NCBI GenBank assembly: GCA_963785725.1
Contig: CAWAWS010000033.1
Location: 96,001-160,000 of the forward strand
Reading direction: 5' to 3'
DNA length: 64,000 nucleotides
Source of the DNA: an uncultured delta proteobacterium
GTDB taxonomy: Bacteria; Myxococcota_A; Polyangia; Palsa-1104
Shown piece by piece: positions 40,130 through 51,084 of this stretch. The translations under genes and the position numbers were made by a program. Within the stretch, counting starts at the first letter, position 1. The number at the start of each line of letters is the position of its first letter. The notes under the pieces were generated by a model, which was not told where the DNA came from, searched no databases, and saw only the letters and a list, made by a program, of their open reading frames with translations.

Positions 40130-40210
40130 CTGAAGCAGCCGCTTCACTATCCTCGTCAGTCCATACTGAAGCAGTCGCTTCAGCATCAAACACTAAAGTA
40201 GTTACTTCAG
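40130..40210. repeat. Three 18-bp palindromic boxes CTGAAG-N6-CTTCAG
   Basis: ctgaagcagccgcttcac (40130-40147), ctgaagcagtcgcttcag (40166-40183), ctaaagtagttacttcag (40193-40210). Confidence 0.75.
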
Positions 40211-40276
40211 TATCGTTCGTGCGGGCGCGACTTCGGTTGCGACGATTGGGCGCGCGCACGCCGGGCGCAGTAATCG

Positions 40277-41921
40277 TCAGCCCTGCAAATAGAGCTGCAG
40301 CGACGCCGGATCGTTGGCCGCCGCCACCGCTTGCTGACGGTCGATCTGATCGGCGCGCACCATGTCGGCCAGGCAGCGTTCGAGCGGCAGCATGCCGTCC
40401 TTCTTGCCCGACTGGATCGCCGTCACGATCTGCGCCGTCTTGCCTTCGCGGATGAGGCTGGCCACGTTCTGATTCACGCGCAACAGCTCGATCGCGGGCA
40501 GCCGACCGGCGCCATGCGCGCGCGGCAGTAAGCGCTGCGCGACGACGGCGCGCAGCGAATCGGCGAGCTGCAGGCGCACCTGCTGCTGACGCGCGCCGAC
40601 GTAGCTGTCGACGATGCGCTCGACGCTCGACGCCGCCGAACGGCTGTGCAAGCTGGCGAGCACGAGATGTCCGGTCTCGGCCGCCGTCAACGCCAGGCCG
40701 ATCGTGTCGGCGTCGCGCATCTCGCCGATGAGCAGGATGTCGGGATCTTCGCGCAAGGCGTCGCGCAGGCCGGTGGCGAAGTCGACGACGTCGCTGCCGA
40801 TCTGCCGCTGCCGCACGAGGCTGCCGCGCTCGGCGACGATGCCGTATTCGACCGGATCTTCGAGGCTGACCAGCAGCCCGCCGCGGCGCTGCAACGCCGC
40901 TTGCGCCAAGGCCGACAACGTCGCGCTCTTGCCCGAGCCGGTGGCGCCGCTGACGATGATGAGGCCGTGCGGCACGGCCACCAAATCCTCGAGCGTCGCC
41001 GTCACCGGCAAGCTCAGCTCGGCGAGCGCGGGCGCTTGCCGCGGCAAGACGCGCAGCGCCGCCGCCAGCCGCTCGGACGCGCGATAGACGTTGATGCGAA
41101 AGCGGCCGAGGCCGGGCAGATTCGAAGCCGGCGTCGGCGGATCGGCCGGCGAAGGCGCGCGGCCAGACGTCGTCGTCGAGGGCGCCGGCGAGCAGCTCCT
41201 CGACGATGACCGGCGGCTCGTCGTGCAAGCTGCGCAGCTTACCGTCGACGCGTACGGTCGGCGGCTCGCCGGTCATGAGGTGGACATCGCTGGCGCCGAG
41301 CTGAATCGCGCGTCGCAAGAGCGCGGCCAACGCTGGACCAACGCCGGTCGCGCGACCGGCTGGCGCCGTCGAGCTGCCGGCGGCAGGCGCGTTGACGGCG
41401 GCCCACGACGGGCCGGCTGCCTCCACTGACGCAGCCGCGAACGACGGTGCGGGTGCGCGCGCTGACGACGGCGGCGGCGACGATGGCGGCGACGACGCGG
41501 GCGCGGCGACGCCGGCGACGCCCGGCGGCGGGTGCGCGCCAAAGCGCGGCGGCGGAACCGCGTGCAGCGCGGGCGCGGCCGGCGCGACCTTGCCCGGCGC
41601 GCCGGTCGCCGTCGCGCCGCCGGCGCGGAAGGTCGCCTCCAGCTTGCCGCCGCGCGACTGCAGCGTGACCGCGAACGTGGCGCCGCCGCTCTCGGGCCGA
41701 TAGGTCGCTTCCAGCCGACCGGCGTCGCGCAGCTCGGCCTCGCGCTCGGGCGGCAACAGCGGCTCCAACAAATGACGCAGGATCTCGACGCCCGTCGGCG
41801 GAATCGACAGGCGGACGGGCGCGCCGCGCTTGGACATGCGCGGCGCCTCGTCGGTCGCGAGCCGGAGCTCGTCGGCGCCATGCTCGGCCAGCATGCGCAG
41901 CAGGCTATCGACACCGGCCAT
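40277..41921 (-). CDS. pilT: PilT/PilU-family type IV pilus ATPase with extra N-terminal PilT-like subdomain; one frameshift near 41121
   Basis: GASDVHL..GEPP..RVDGKL, GRFRINVYR, GATGSGKS, LEDPVEY, ALREDPDILLIGEMRD, AAETGHLV, NVASLIRE. Confidence 0.85.
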
Positions 41922-41958
41922 GAGATGCTCAACGCCGTTTGTAAGCCGACATTCCCGC

Positions 41959-41981
41959 GCTGTCATCTGGTCGTTGACAGC
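41959..41981. promoter_or_regulatory. Dyad GCTGTCA-N9-TGACAGC in the divergent pilT/kinase gap
   Basis: Perfect 7-bp inverted repeat about 40 bp upstream of the pilT start. Confidence 0.4.
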
Positions 41982-42061
41982 TGGGGATCCGAGGGCTCGT
42001 CACCCCACGCTGAGGGAAGCTAAGTAGGCGGTAGCTGTGGGTTTGGCCGCTGGTCCAGGAG

Positions 42062-43852
42062 TTGCGTATTCGGCTAATGCAAATGGGTAACGCGAAGTAC
42101 GAAATGCCACCGAGAGAAACCGAAGCGCTGACGTTCGGGCGCTACGAGCTCACGCGCAAGCTGTCGCAAGGCGGCATGGCCGAGATCTTCTTGGCGCGCC
42201 AGAGCGGCATCGGCAACTTCGAGAAGCAGGTCGTCGTCAAGATCGTGCTGCCGCAGCTGGCCGAGGACGCCGATTACGAGGACATGCTGCGCGACGAAGC
42301 GCGCATGGCGGCGCGGCTGAATCATCCTAACATCGTGCAAATCCTGGACTTAGGGAAGCTCGATGGGCGCTTCTTCATCGCCATGGAGTATCTCGAAGGG
42401 CAGAACCTGCACTCGATCGCGCAGCGGGCCTTTCAGCTCAAGAAGCAGCTGCCGATCGGCTTCGTGTGCCGCGTCGTCGCCGATATCTTGAGCGGCCTCG
42501 AGCACGCCCACGCGCAGCTCGACGAGAACGGCAGCTCGCTCGGCATCATCCATCGCGACGTGTCGCCGCCGAACGTCATCGTCACCTGGGCGGGCACGAC
42601 CAAGATCGTCGACTTCGGCATCGCCAAGGCCACCCGCGCCGTCGACGGCAACGTCACCAACGCCGGGCAGTTCAAGGGCAAGCTCGGCTACATGTCGCCC
42701 GAGCAAGTGCGTCGCCAGCCGCTCGACGCGCGCACCGACATCTTCTCGACCGGCGTCATCTTGTGGGAGCTCATCACCGGCAAGCGGCTGTTTCGGCGCG
42801 CGGGCGATGTGGAGACGGTGCGCGCGGTGCTGGAGCAGGACGTATTGCCGCCGAGCGTGCACAACACCGAGTGTCCGCCCGAGCTGGATGCGATCGTGCT
42901 GCGCGCGCTGCAGCGGCCGACACAGGCGCGTTACGCGACGGCGCGGGCGATGCGCAAGGCGGTCGAAGAGCTGATCCGCGAGCAGGCGTGGCCGTCGGAC
43001 TCGCTGACGACGCAGCGTGTGCTCGGCGGGCTGTTCCGCGAGGAGCAGGCGTCGCGGCCGATTCGGCTGCGGCCGGTGCCGGTGGTGACGGACGAGCCGC
43101 TGTCGGAGGACAACGAGACGACGCGGCGGAACTTGCGCGCCGATCCGACCGAGCCCGATCCGGTGGTCATCGAGCTGACGGCGCCGTTCGAGCTGTCGCC
43201 GCCGGTGACGCCGAAGCCGTTCGCGTCGACGGGACGATTGACGGCGATGAAGCCGCGGCCGCCGGCGCTGTTTCGGCGGCGCTTTCCGATCGCGCTCGGC
43301 ATCGCCATCGGCTTGGCCGGCTGCGCGCTGGTGACGTCGGTCGGTCGGCGTGAGCCGTCGGCGGCGCTGTTGGCGCCGAGCGGATTCGCCGCCATGACGG
43401 CGACGAGCGTGACGCCCATCGGCGTGGCCGGCGCCGCGGAGGTCGCACCCGGGCTGGCGGTGCCGAGCGTGTCGGACACGACGACGACGACGACGAAGGT
43501 GGCCCACGCCAAAGTGCAGGTGCGCGTCGACGCCAAGGCGATCGTCAAGCTGGACGGCGCGACCATCGACGCCGATCAGCCGGTGGAAGTCGATATCACC
43601 GGGCATCATACGATTACGGTGCAGCGCGTCGGGCATCGCTCGGTGCGGACGATCGAGCTGCCGACGCTGGAGCCAGGGCAGCTGATGGTCGTCGGGCTCT
43701 ACTTGCGCGGGCAGCCGGACGCGCCGCGCGACGACGGCGCGACGGCGGCCGCGGCCACCGACGAGCCGCAGCCGCGCGCCGACGTCGCGGCCGAGCCGGC
43801 CGGCGGCGCGGTGGAAACGGCTGCGGCCACCGCCGGCTCCGTCGTCCGCTGA
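42062..43852 (+). CDS. Membrane Ser/Thr protein kinase (myxobacterial HRDVSPxN type) with PEGA-like tail
   Basis: FGRYEL, QGGMAEIF, HRDVSPPN, DFGIAK, KGKLGYMSPEQ; one TM segment; start uncertain. Confidence 0.92.
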   Translation: MRIRLMQMGNAKYEMPPRETEALTFGRYELTRKLSQGGMAEIFLARQSGIGNFEKQVVVKIVLPQLAEDADYEDMLRDEARMAARLNHPNIVQILDLGKLDGRFFIAMEYLEGQNLHSIAQRAFQLKKQLPIGFVCRVVADILSGLEHAHAQLDENGSSLGIIHRDVSPPNVIVTWAGTTKIVDFGIAKATRAVDGNVTNAGQFKGKLGYMSPEQVRRQPLDARTDIFSTGVILWELITGKRLFRRAGDVETVRAVLEQDVLPPSVHNTECPPELDAIVLRALQRPTQARYATARAMRKAVEELIREQAWPSDSLTTQRVLGGLFREEQASRPIRLRPVPVVTDEPLSEDNETTRRNLRADPTEPDPVVIELTAPFELSPPVTPKPFASTGRLTAMKPRPPALFRRRFPIALGIAIGLAGCALVTSVGRREPSAALLAPSGFAAMTATSVTPIGVAGAAEVAPGLAVPSVSDTTTTTTKVAHAKVQVRVDAKAIVKLDGATIDADQPVEVDITGHHTITVQRVGHRSVRTIELPTLEPGQLMVVGLYLRGQPDAPRDDGATAAAATDEPQPRADVAAEPAGGAVETAAATAGSVVR

Positions 43853-43865
43853 CCTCGCGTTACCG

Positions 43866-44023
43866 CAGGGCCGTTCTCAACTGGCGGACCGAGCCAAGCG
43901 CCGCGAGGAGTCGCGGCAGCGAGGCGCGAAGGGCGCAGCTACTGGCGCTAACTGAGCGATGAGAAACGAAGCAGACGCGGCCCGCAGCAAGCAGCTTGGC
44001 GACGGGAGCTGAACAGCTCCTAG
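43866..44023. repeat. Structured MITE/REP-like intergenic element
   Basis: Nested inverted repeats (gccaagc/gcttggc, ccgcg/cgcgg), hairpin GGAGCT-GAAC-AGCTCC, degenerate terminal IRs, ends in CTAG. Confidence 0.4.
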
Positions 44024-44144
44024 CCTTTGACCGTCAGTAGCAACCACAGTCGCGCCACGCGACGAGCGATGCCCGCCTCTTCCACCGTTTCCACCTTGGG
44101 GCTGATGATGGTTCGCTGTCCGCGCGCGCCGAGACTATCGACGG

Positions 44145-45972
44145 TCAGCAGCTGCTGTTGGCGATGAGCGGACAGGGGTCGCAGGCGTCGCCGGTGCCGT
44201 CGCTGTCGGCGTCGGCTTGTTTGCCATTGTCGACGGGGCGGATGGGGTTGAACACGTGCGGGCAGTCGTCGCTGGCGTCGGGGATGCCGTCGCCGTCGCT
44301 GTCACTGGCCGACGGGACGCCGGTGTAGATCGTCGAGCCGTTGACCGACGCCGGCCGCGACGGCACGCACGTCGGCTCGCCGGTGGGCGTGCCACAGAAG
44401 AACGCGGCGTAGTCGTTGGCCGCCGTCTGCAGCGCGCTGTAGGTCGTGGCGACCTCGCTCTGCACGCAGGCGGCCTTGTTCGCGCCGCAAACGCTGACGG
44501 CGTCGCACGTCGTGCCGCCGAGCGCGGTGATGACGTCAGCGTCGCCGTACAACGGCGTGCCGGCGCGCATGACGAGGACGACGTCTTGCGGCTGCGCGCC
44601 GATGACCGCGCGATGATCGGCGCGCTGGCTGCCGTCGAAGATGGCGATGTCGCCGAATTTGCCGACGGCGAGCGAGCCCAACACGTCGTCGACGCCGGCG
44701 ACGGTCGCGGCGCGATCGGTGACCATGAGCCACAAGGACTCGTCGTTGAAGAAGCTGCCGAGGTACGTCTGGTTGAAGCTGTCGGCGCAGGAGAGCTCGC
44801 GCAACAGGTTCATCGAACCCGACGCCAGCCAGTCGCTGCCGAGCGCGATCGTGACGCCCAGCCGCGCCGCGACCGTCACCGGCGCCGTGTTGCCGTACAG
44901 CCGAATGTTCGAGCGCGGCGACCAAATGAGCTTGGTCTGCGCGCCCGCCATCGCCTGCCAGTCGCCGGCCTCGAGGGACGCGGCGTGGATGAACGAGCTC
45001 GTGGCGATCATCAGGTCGTCGGCGTTCGCCTTGCTCACGCAGAGGAACTCGTTGCGCGCCACGACGTCGACGCCCTCGCCGATGTGCGGCTCGTACGCCG
45101 GATAGCTCGCGGCCTCCGCTTCGGTCTCTTCGGTGCTGCCGTAGGCGCAACCCGAGGTCAGCTGAATTCCCGAGGAGTCATCGAGCGGGAAGGTGTCGAA
45201 GTCGACGTAGTGCGCGGTGCCCGAGCGTCGGCCGAGTCGGCGGCAATGTCGAGGTTGCGCACGAGACCGGCGGCGCCGCCCGAGCCGACCGTCGACGTCG
45301 CGCCGCCCATGAGAAAGCGCAGCTCGCCCCATTCGATCTGCGCGGCGGTGGCGCCGCCGGGCACGGTGATCTTCGGTGTGGCCGCGCAGGCCTTCGCGCC
45401 AGTCGTGGCGCTGCTCGTAGCGCTCGCCGGTGTCCGGCCGCCGGCGAATCTTGCGTATAGGTGATGTGATCGTGCGGGTTGATGAGGCCGGGCGACACGA
45501 CGCCGGTGGGACAGTCGATCGTCGTCGCGCCGGCGCGCCATGGCCGAGCAGTCGCAGCCGACGCAGCTGATCTTGCCGGTCGTGTCGACGAGGACTTGGC
45601 CGCCGCGCATAGACCTGACCGGGCGTCAGGATCGTGCCGGTGATGAGGCGCGCGGCGCTGCCAGCGGTAACGGCGCACGTGCCGGACGCCAAGCGGCGGC
45701 GCGCTGGCCGCCGGACACATCGTGACGACGGGCGGGCTGCCGCCGGGCGGGCCCATGTCGACCGTGCCGCCGCCGCCGGCGCTGCCGCGGCCGCCGGCCG
45801 TGCCGCTGCCGCCGGCCGTGCCGCTGCCGCCGGCCGTGCCGCTGCCGCCGCCGTTGCCGCCGGTGCCGGTGCCACCGGCGGTGCCGCTGCCGCCGCCCGT
45901 GCCGTTCGAGCTCGCCGGACCACAGCCCACAAAAAGCAGCACTCCCAAGGACAGCCACATGGATGAACGCAT
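44145..45972 (-). pseudogene. Amidohydrolase-family lipoprotein with C-terminal thrombospondin type-3 repeats; several frameshifts at 45.2-45.7 kb
   Basis: Lipobox FVGC, GGSGTA repeats, SPGLINPHDH, EPHIGEG, LIWSPRSN, ALGSDW, GSLAVGKFGDIAIFD, DSDGDGIPDASDDCP. Confidence 0.82.
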
Positions 45973-46040
45973 TCGAAGCTGTATGTCGTGACCGCCATCG
46001 AGCCTTCGCGAAATGTTCATCTGTGACGGCATGGCAACAC

Positions 46041-46958
46041 CTAGCGGCACACGGCTTTGACTCGACCGATGGCGCCGAGCGGCACGTCGGCCGGGAAGCG
46101 CGTCAGCGTGACCGTGCGGCTGCCGGCGTCGGCGACGGTCGGAATCAGCGTGCCGTCGACGACCGCGCGGCCGCGATCGTAGAGCGCGACGCGACAATCG
46201 GCGCCGTCGCCCTCGACGTCGCGCGCCGGCACGACGAGCTGCACCGACGCGGCAACGCGCGCGAGCTCGGCGCCGGCCGCGACTGCTTCGCCGATGCGCG
46301 GCGGCGTGCCGACGACGATGCCGGCCGCCGGCGCGCGCACCACCGCGGCGTCGCGACTGTCGGCCACGGCGCGTTCGTAGGCCACGCGCGCCCGTTCGAT
46401 CGCCACTGCCGGCGCTGATGCCAGCTTGCCTGCCGCCGTCGATGCCGCCGCGCTCGCCGGCGCCGCTGCTGCCGCTGGGGCGGGCGCGGCCGGGCTCGAC
46501 TCGTCGTACTGCTCGAGCAGCGCGTCGAGCTCGGCCAGACGTCGTGCCGGCTCGGGATCGGCGCGGCCGAGCGTCACGAGCGCCGAGCCGCGCGCAACCG
46601 GGGTTCCGCGCGCGATGGCTCGCCGCACCTGGCCGGCGGTCGCATCGGTCGCGCGCACCGTGGTGACGTCCACCGCTTCGAGCACCGCCGCCAAATCAGC
46701 AGCGCTCGACGAGGCGACGAGCACGAGCGGAGCCAATCGAATCGGGACGCGTGGACCATTCGTCGTTGAAGACGGTGCGCGCGCCCAGCCGACGAAGCCG
46801 GCCATCGAGCTGGCGGCAGCGACGACGATGGCGGCGGAGAATGCGTACGTTCGTCGTCGTCGCGGTCGATCGGGCGCGACCAGCGGCAGCGACGGACGCC
46901 AAAAGACGGTCGTCTCGCCTTCGTGCACCACTTCGTGCGGATTTGGCTCGCGTTTCAT
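46041..46958 (-). CDS. Membrane-anchored protein with HlyD/biotinyl-lipoyl-like hairpin segments
   Basis: One TM segment; GQV...RGTPVARG and VRAPAAGIV...IGEAVAAGAELARV. Confidence 0.55.
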   Translation of the reverse strand: MKREPNPHEVVHEGETTVFWRPSLPLVAPDRPRRRRTYAFSAAIVVAAASSMAGFVGWARAPSSTTNGPRVPIRLAPLVLVASSSAADLAAVLEAVDVTTVRATDATAGQVRRAIARGTPVARGSALVTLGRADPEPARRLAELDALLEQYDESSPAAPAPAAAAAPASAAASTAAGKLASAPAVAIERARVAYERAVADSRDAAVVRAPAAGIVVGTPPRIGEAVAAGAELARVAASVQLVVPARDVEGDGADCRVALYDRGRAVVDGTLIPTVADAGSRTVTLTRFPADVPLGAIGRVKAVCR

Positions 46959-47024
46959 GACGCTGGTGAGATACGAGCGCCGCGAAAAAACCTTGCACGA
47001 AAAATCGAAAAAAGAGCGGGCGGG

Positions 47025-49079
47025 CTATTTTGTCGTCGCTGTGTGCACGCCATTCCAATCGGGCGGCGGCGGATCGTCGCGCAAGAGGAGACAGCGTTCG
47101 CGCAGATGCCTGCTCGGCGGATCGTCGGTCGCCGCGTCGAGCATCGCGAGCGCGGCCGCAAAATCGCGGGCGAAGTAGGCGTCGAGCGCCGCTTCGTAGC
47201 GGCGGGCGCGCGCGACGTTTGGCGCATCGGCGGCGTAGCCGAGGAGCTCGAAGACCTCGACGCCTTGCGACTTGCCTTTGACGGCGACGCGATCGAGCCG
47301 CCGCAACGCGAATTCGTCGCCGATCGCGGCCGCGACGGCGCCGCTGACGAGGATGGTCGTGCCGTACTGTTTGTTGAGCGCTTCCAAGCGGGCGGCGAGG
47401 TTCACGCCGTCGCCGAGCGCGGTGTAGCTAAAGCGCTCGGGCGCGCCGAAGTGGCCGACCATGACCTCGCCGCTGTGAATGCCGAAGCGCGTGTGCAAGG
47501 GCGGCATGCCGGACCACTCGGGCGAGGCGAACAGCGCGCGGCCGGCGTCGAGGCAGGCGAGCGCGGCGCGACAGGCGCGCGCCGGATGGTCGGCGCAAGC
47601 GGTGGGCGCGTTCCACAGCACCATGAGCGCGTCACCGATGTATTTGTCGACGGTGCCGCCGGTCGCCGTGACCGCCGCCGTCATGGCTGCGAAGTAGTGG
47701 CCGAGCAGCTGCGCCAAGCGCTCGGGCGGCAGCGTCTCGGCGAAGCTGGTGAAGCCTTCGACGTCGGTGAAGAGCAACGTCACGAGGCGCAGCTCGCCGC
47801 CCAGCTTCGGCTCGCGATTGTCGGCATAGAGGCGGCGCACGAGATCGACCGGCGCGTAGCGAGCCAAGCCGCGCAAGGCCGTCTTCGCGCGCTCGAGATC
47901 GACCAAGACGGCGCGAATGTCGGCGAAGGCGCTCGTCGCGGTCGACGGCTCGAACTCGAAGCGGCGCATGCGCTCCGACTCGGCGACGACGCGCTCGAGT
48001 CCGCGCCGGGCGGCCGCCGCCGCGAACGCCAGGAGCATGCCGACGAGGCACAACAAGAGCGCCGCGGCGACGGAGACGAGCTGCCGCACGCGACGGGGCG
48101 CGGCCAAATAATAGTCCTCGGGGCCGATGACGCCGACGCGCCAGTCTTGCGTGTCGGGGAGCGAGGCGAAGCTGACCAAGTAGCGCATGCCGTCGCTGGT
48201 GACGACCGCCGGCCCGTCGTCGCCGCGCGCCAATGCGGCGGCTACTTCGAGCGGGACGTCGGCGGGCGCGATGCGGAGCGCCTCGTCGCCCTGCTCGCGC
48301 AGCCGATCGCGCGCATGAAAACGCGTCACCAAGCGGCCCTGGTCGTCGGCCAAGAAGACGCGAAAGGGATCGTGCTCGTCGTCGTCGTGCACGCGAATGC
48401 GAGCGATGGCCTCGTCGAGCTGCGGCTCGAGCAGCGCCACGCGCAAGACGCCGACGAGCTGGTCGCCGTCGCGAATCGCGCGCAGCACGTGCACGACCAC
48501 GCGCCGCTTGGCTTCCGGCAGCTCGTCGTCGAGCATGGAGTAGCTGAGATCGCTCCAGATCAGCCGATCGCCGAGCCGCGGATTGGACAGCGTCTCGTAG
48601 GTCGTCTGCGTGCGCGGATCGGGCGCGGACGCGCTCGCCGCCGGGCCGCCGCAATGGCGCGTTCGCGTCCAACCGCTCGCCGCTCGTACGGTTTCGCCGC
48701 TGCAGGGCAACGCGCGGCCGGCTTCGCGATAGACCGACGCCTGCCAGCCGGCGGCGCTCGTGAACGTGGCCTCGGCAAGCGCGTCGTCGGCGGCGATGCT
48801 GCCGAGCAGGCAGTCGCGCGCCGCGCCCACGTCGTCGAGCCGGCAGACGCCGACCGAGCGCCGATGCTCGACGTCGGACACGACGCGGCGCAGTCGATCG
48901 AGCCAATGATCGACGAGATCTTGCGCGCGTGATGCCGTCGCCGCTTGCAGCGTCGCGGCCGCGGCGCCGAGCGAGCGCTCCCATTGCGACAACAGCACCC
49001 ACACCAAGCCGGCGATGATGAGGCCGGTGCCCAACAGGCCTGCCGCCATGGCGCGTGTCAACGTCAGCCGCGGTCGCAT
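47025..49079 (-). CDS. Class III adenylate/guanylate cyclase with periplasmic Cache-like sensor
   Basis: [47 protein letters not shown]; two TM segments. Confidence 0.92.
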   Translation of the reverse strand: MRPRLTLTRAMAAGLLGTGLIIAGLVWVLLSQWERSLGAAAATLQAATASRAQDLVDHWLDRLRRVVSDVEHRRSVGVCRLDDVGAARDCLLGSIAADDALAEATFTSAAGWQASVYREAGRALPCSGETVRAASGWTRTRHCGGPAASASAPDPRTQTTYETLSNPRLGDRLIWSDLSYSMLDDELPEAKRRVVVHVLRAIRDGDQLVGVLRVALLEPQLDEAIARIRVHDDDEHDPFRVFLADDQGRLVTRFHARDRLREQGDEALRIAPADVPLEVAAALARGDDGPAVVTSDGMRYLVSFASLPDTQDWRVGVIGPEDYYLAAPRRVRQLVSVAAALLLCLVGMLLAFAAAAARRGLERVVAESERMRRFEFEPSTATSAFADIRAVLVDLERAKTALRGLARYAPVDLVRRLYADNREPKLGGELRLVTLLFTDVEGFTSFAETLPPERLAQLLGHYFAAMTAAVTATGGTVDKYIGDALMVLWNAPTACADHPARACRAALACLDAGRALFASPEWSGMPPLHTRFGIHSGEVMVGHFGAPERFSYTALGDGVNLAARLEALNKQYGTTILVSGAVAAAIGDEFALRRLDRVAVKGKSQGVEVFELLGYAADAPNVARARRYEAALDAYFARDFAAALAMLDAATDDPPSRHLRERCLLLRDDPPPPDWNGVHTATTK

Positions 49080-49235
49080 CGCCTTCTATTATTACTACTA
49101 CGCCCGAGGCGGCGCTTCGTTACGGCCGGCGTAACCGAAATGACGCGAGCGACGTATACCCGACGAATGGAGATGCAGCTGCAGCCGCGGCGCTGGCCGT
49201 CACGCGTGCGGTTGGCGTTCCCCAAGCGATCCGCT

Positions 49236-49841
49236 ATGGTCGGGTCTCGAGGTGAGCGTCTGACCGGCGACGATGAGAACACGGCCGCAGCGGCCTGGAT
49301 GGCGCGCTATTGCGATGGCGACGCCGCCGCGTTCGACGCCCTGTACGAGCTGGTCGCGCCGCGCCTGCTCGGCTATCTCACCAGTCTCATTGGCGAGCGT
49401 GCCGCGGCCGAGGATCTGTTGCAGCTGACGTTCATGAAGCTCCACGAGGCGCGCGCCTTGTATGTCCGTGACGCCGATCCGGTGCCGTGGCTCTACACCA
49501 TCGCCCATCGCACGTTCCTCGACGAGGCGCGGCGACGGAAACGGGCGCGCGTGCGCTTGACGGAGGATGGTCAGCAGGCCGAGGTCGAGCACGCCGATCT
49601 GTCGGGCGCGCGCGAGCACGGCGAGCCCGAAGCCGATCCCGAGCTGACGCAGCTGACGCTGGCGGCGCTGGCGCAGCTGCCGTCGAGCCAGCGGGAAGCG
49701 TTGGTGCTGACGAAGCTGCACGGTCGCAGCCACGCCGAAGCGGCGGCGATCGTCGGCACGACGCCGTCGGCCATCAAGCTGCGGGCGCATCGCGCGTACG
49801 TGGCGTTGCGGCGCATTCTCGGCCGCGCGGGGAAATCGTGA
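49236..49841 (+). CDS. ECF RNA polymerase sigma factor
   Basis: [51 protein letters not shown]; start uncertain. Confidence 0.9.
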   Translation: MVGSRGERLTGDDENTAAAAWMARYCDGDAAAFDALYELVAPRLLGYLTSLIGERAAAEDLLQLTFMKLHEARALYVRDADPVPWLYTIAHRTFLDEARRRKRARVRLTEDGQQAEVEHADLSGAREHGEPEADPELTQLTLAALAQLPSSQREALVLTKLHGRSHAEAAAIVGTTPSAIKLRAHRAYVALRRILGRAGKS

Positions 49842-50524
49842 GCGGGCCCGACATGCCCGAGCTGCCGACGCCGCCGCCGCCATCACCGGCGCTGCGGGCC
49901 ATCGTCGCGGGCGCGCAGCCGGTGCGGCTGCGACGACCGTTGCGCGCGTTCGCGCTGCTGGTCGGCGCCTCGCTGGTCTATTTGGCGCTGTGGCTGACGC
50001 GCTTTCACCATCGCCGCGATCTCGGCTATCTGCCGTTCGCGTGGTGGCTGATGCTCGGCGTCGCCTGGATCGGCGGCTTCGTCCTGCCGTTGGCGATGGC
50101 CGTCCTGCCGCGGCGGGGCGCCGTGTTGCCCGACGGCGCGCGCGCCAGCACGTCGTCGTTCGCGGTCGCGGCCGGGCTGCTCGTGCTCGCCTTCGCGTTC
50201 ACGCCGACGGCGCCGCCGCACACCTATATCCCCGTCGGCATGACCGATTCGATGGCGATGATCCGGCACTGCATGTCGTTCGGCCTGGCCTTCGCGATCG
50301 GTCCGCTGGCGATCGGCTTATTGGCGCTGCGGCCGCTCTTGATGGTCGGTGGCGCGCGGCTGATGGGCGCGGTCGGCGCCGCCGCCGGCGCGCTCGGCGG
50401 CTTCATGTTGCACGTCATCTGCCCCATGGGCGGCGCGATACACGTCGGCTTCGGTCACGGCGGTGTCGTCGTCGTGGCGGGCCTCATCGGCGCCGCGATC
50501 GGCTACGTCGTCGGCCGTCGCTAG
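49838..50524 (+). CDS. NrsF/DUF1109-like membrane anti-sigma factor
   Basis: GTGA overlap with the sigma gene; about six TM segments; [15 protein letters not shown]...HVGFGH. Confidence 0.8.
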   Translation: MSGPDMPELPTPPPPSPALRAIVAGAQPVRLRRPLRAFALLVGASLVYLALWLTRFHHRRDLGYLPFAWWLMLGVAWIGGFVLPLAMAVLPRRGAVLPDGARASTSSFAVAAGLLVLAFAFTPTAPPHTYIPVGMTDSMAMIRHCMSFGLAFAIGPLAIGLLALRPLLMVGGARLMGAVGAAAGALGGFMLHVICPMGGAIHVGFGHGGVVVVAGLIGAAIGYVVGRR

Positions 50525-50527
50525 GGA

Positions 50528-50938
50528 TTACGCGAGCAGACGGGCGGAGGGCTGCGTGGCCGCGACCAGCTGACGCAGCTTCTGCGCGCTGCGCGTGAAG
50601 TGGCGATCGGGCACGAAGATGCTGTCGAACGCCTCGGTCTCGTCTTCGGTCGGCTCTTCGTCGCGGCCGAGCACGAGCACGAGATGCGGCGCCGACAGCT
50701 GATACGCGCGGCGCAACGCCAACCGGCGCAGCTCGTTGTCACCGAGGCAGCCGCGCTCGACGACGGCCACGCGCGGCGTGCGGCGCAAGAAGTCGTCCTT
50801 CGTGCGCGCCATCGCCAGCGGCACGCGCGGCCCACCGGCGTGCAGCAGCGACAGCACCAGCGCGGTCGGGCTCACCAAAACGGAAGCATCAGGAGGCATC
50901 GGTCGAGAGGCGATCATGGTGACTCGCGTCCAATACAC
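50528..50938 (-). CDS. Hypothetical protein (possibly a degenerate receiver-like fold)
   Basis: Alternating beta/alpha pattern, GC3 bias. Confidence 0.5.
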   Translation of the reverse strand: MYWTRVTMIASRPMPPDASVLVSPTALVLSLLHAGGPRVPLAMARTKDDFLRRTPRVAVVERGCLGDNELRRLALRRAYQLSAPHLVLVLGRDEEPTEDETEAFDSIFVPDRHFTRSAQKLRQLVAATQPSARLLA

Positions 50939-51084
50939 ATTCTATGCCGCGCTGTGTCGACTGAGCCGCAAGGGTTTCGCGCGCCGTGGAGTTTCCGAAA
51001 AGACTACGAATGTGGGGACAGTGGCCACTCACGCATTCACGTGACCAGCTGATGAACCAATCGGCCAACTAGTCGAAAGCCGTG

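Noticed and set aside
40130..40210. Possible mini-CRISPR array
   Set aside because: 18-bp units with gaps of only 18 and 9 bp are too short and irregular, and no cas gene is present
45770..45905. 18-bp tandem repeats (also 63180-63300 and 14275-14335)
   Set aside because: They encode ordinary Gly-rich lipoprotein linkers (GGSGTA, GGTGNA)
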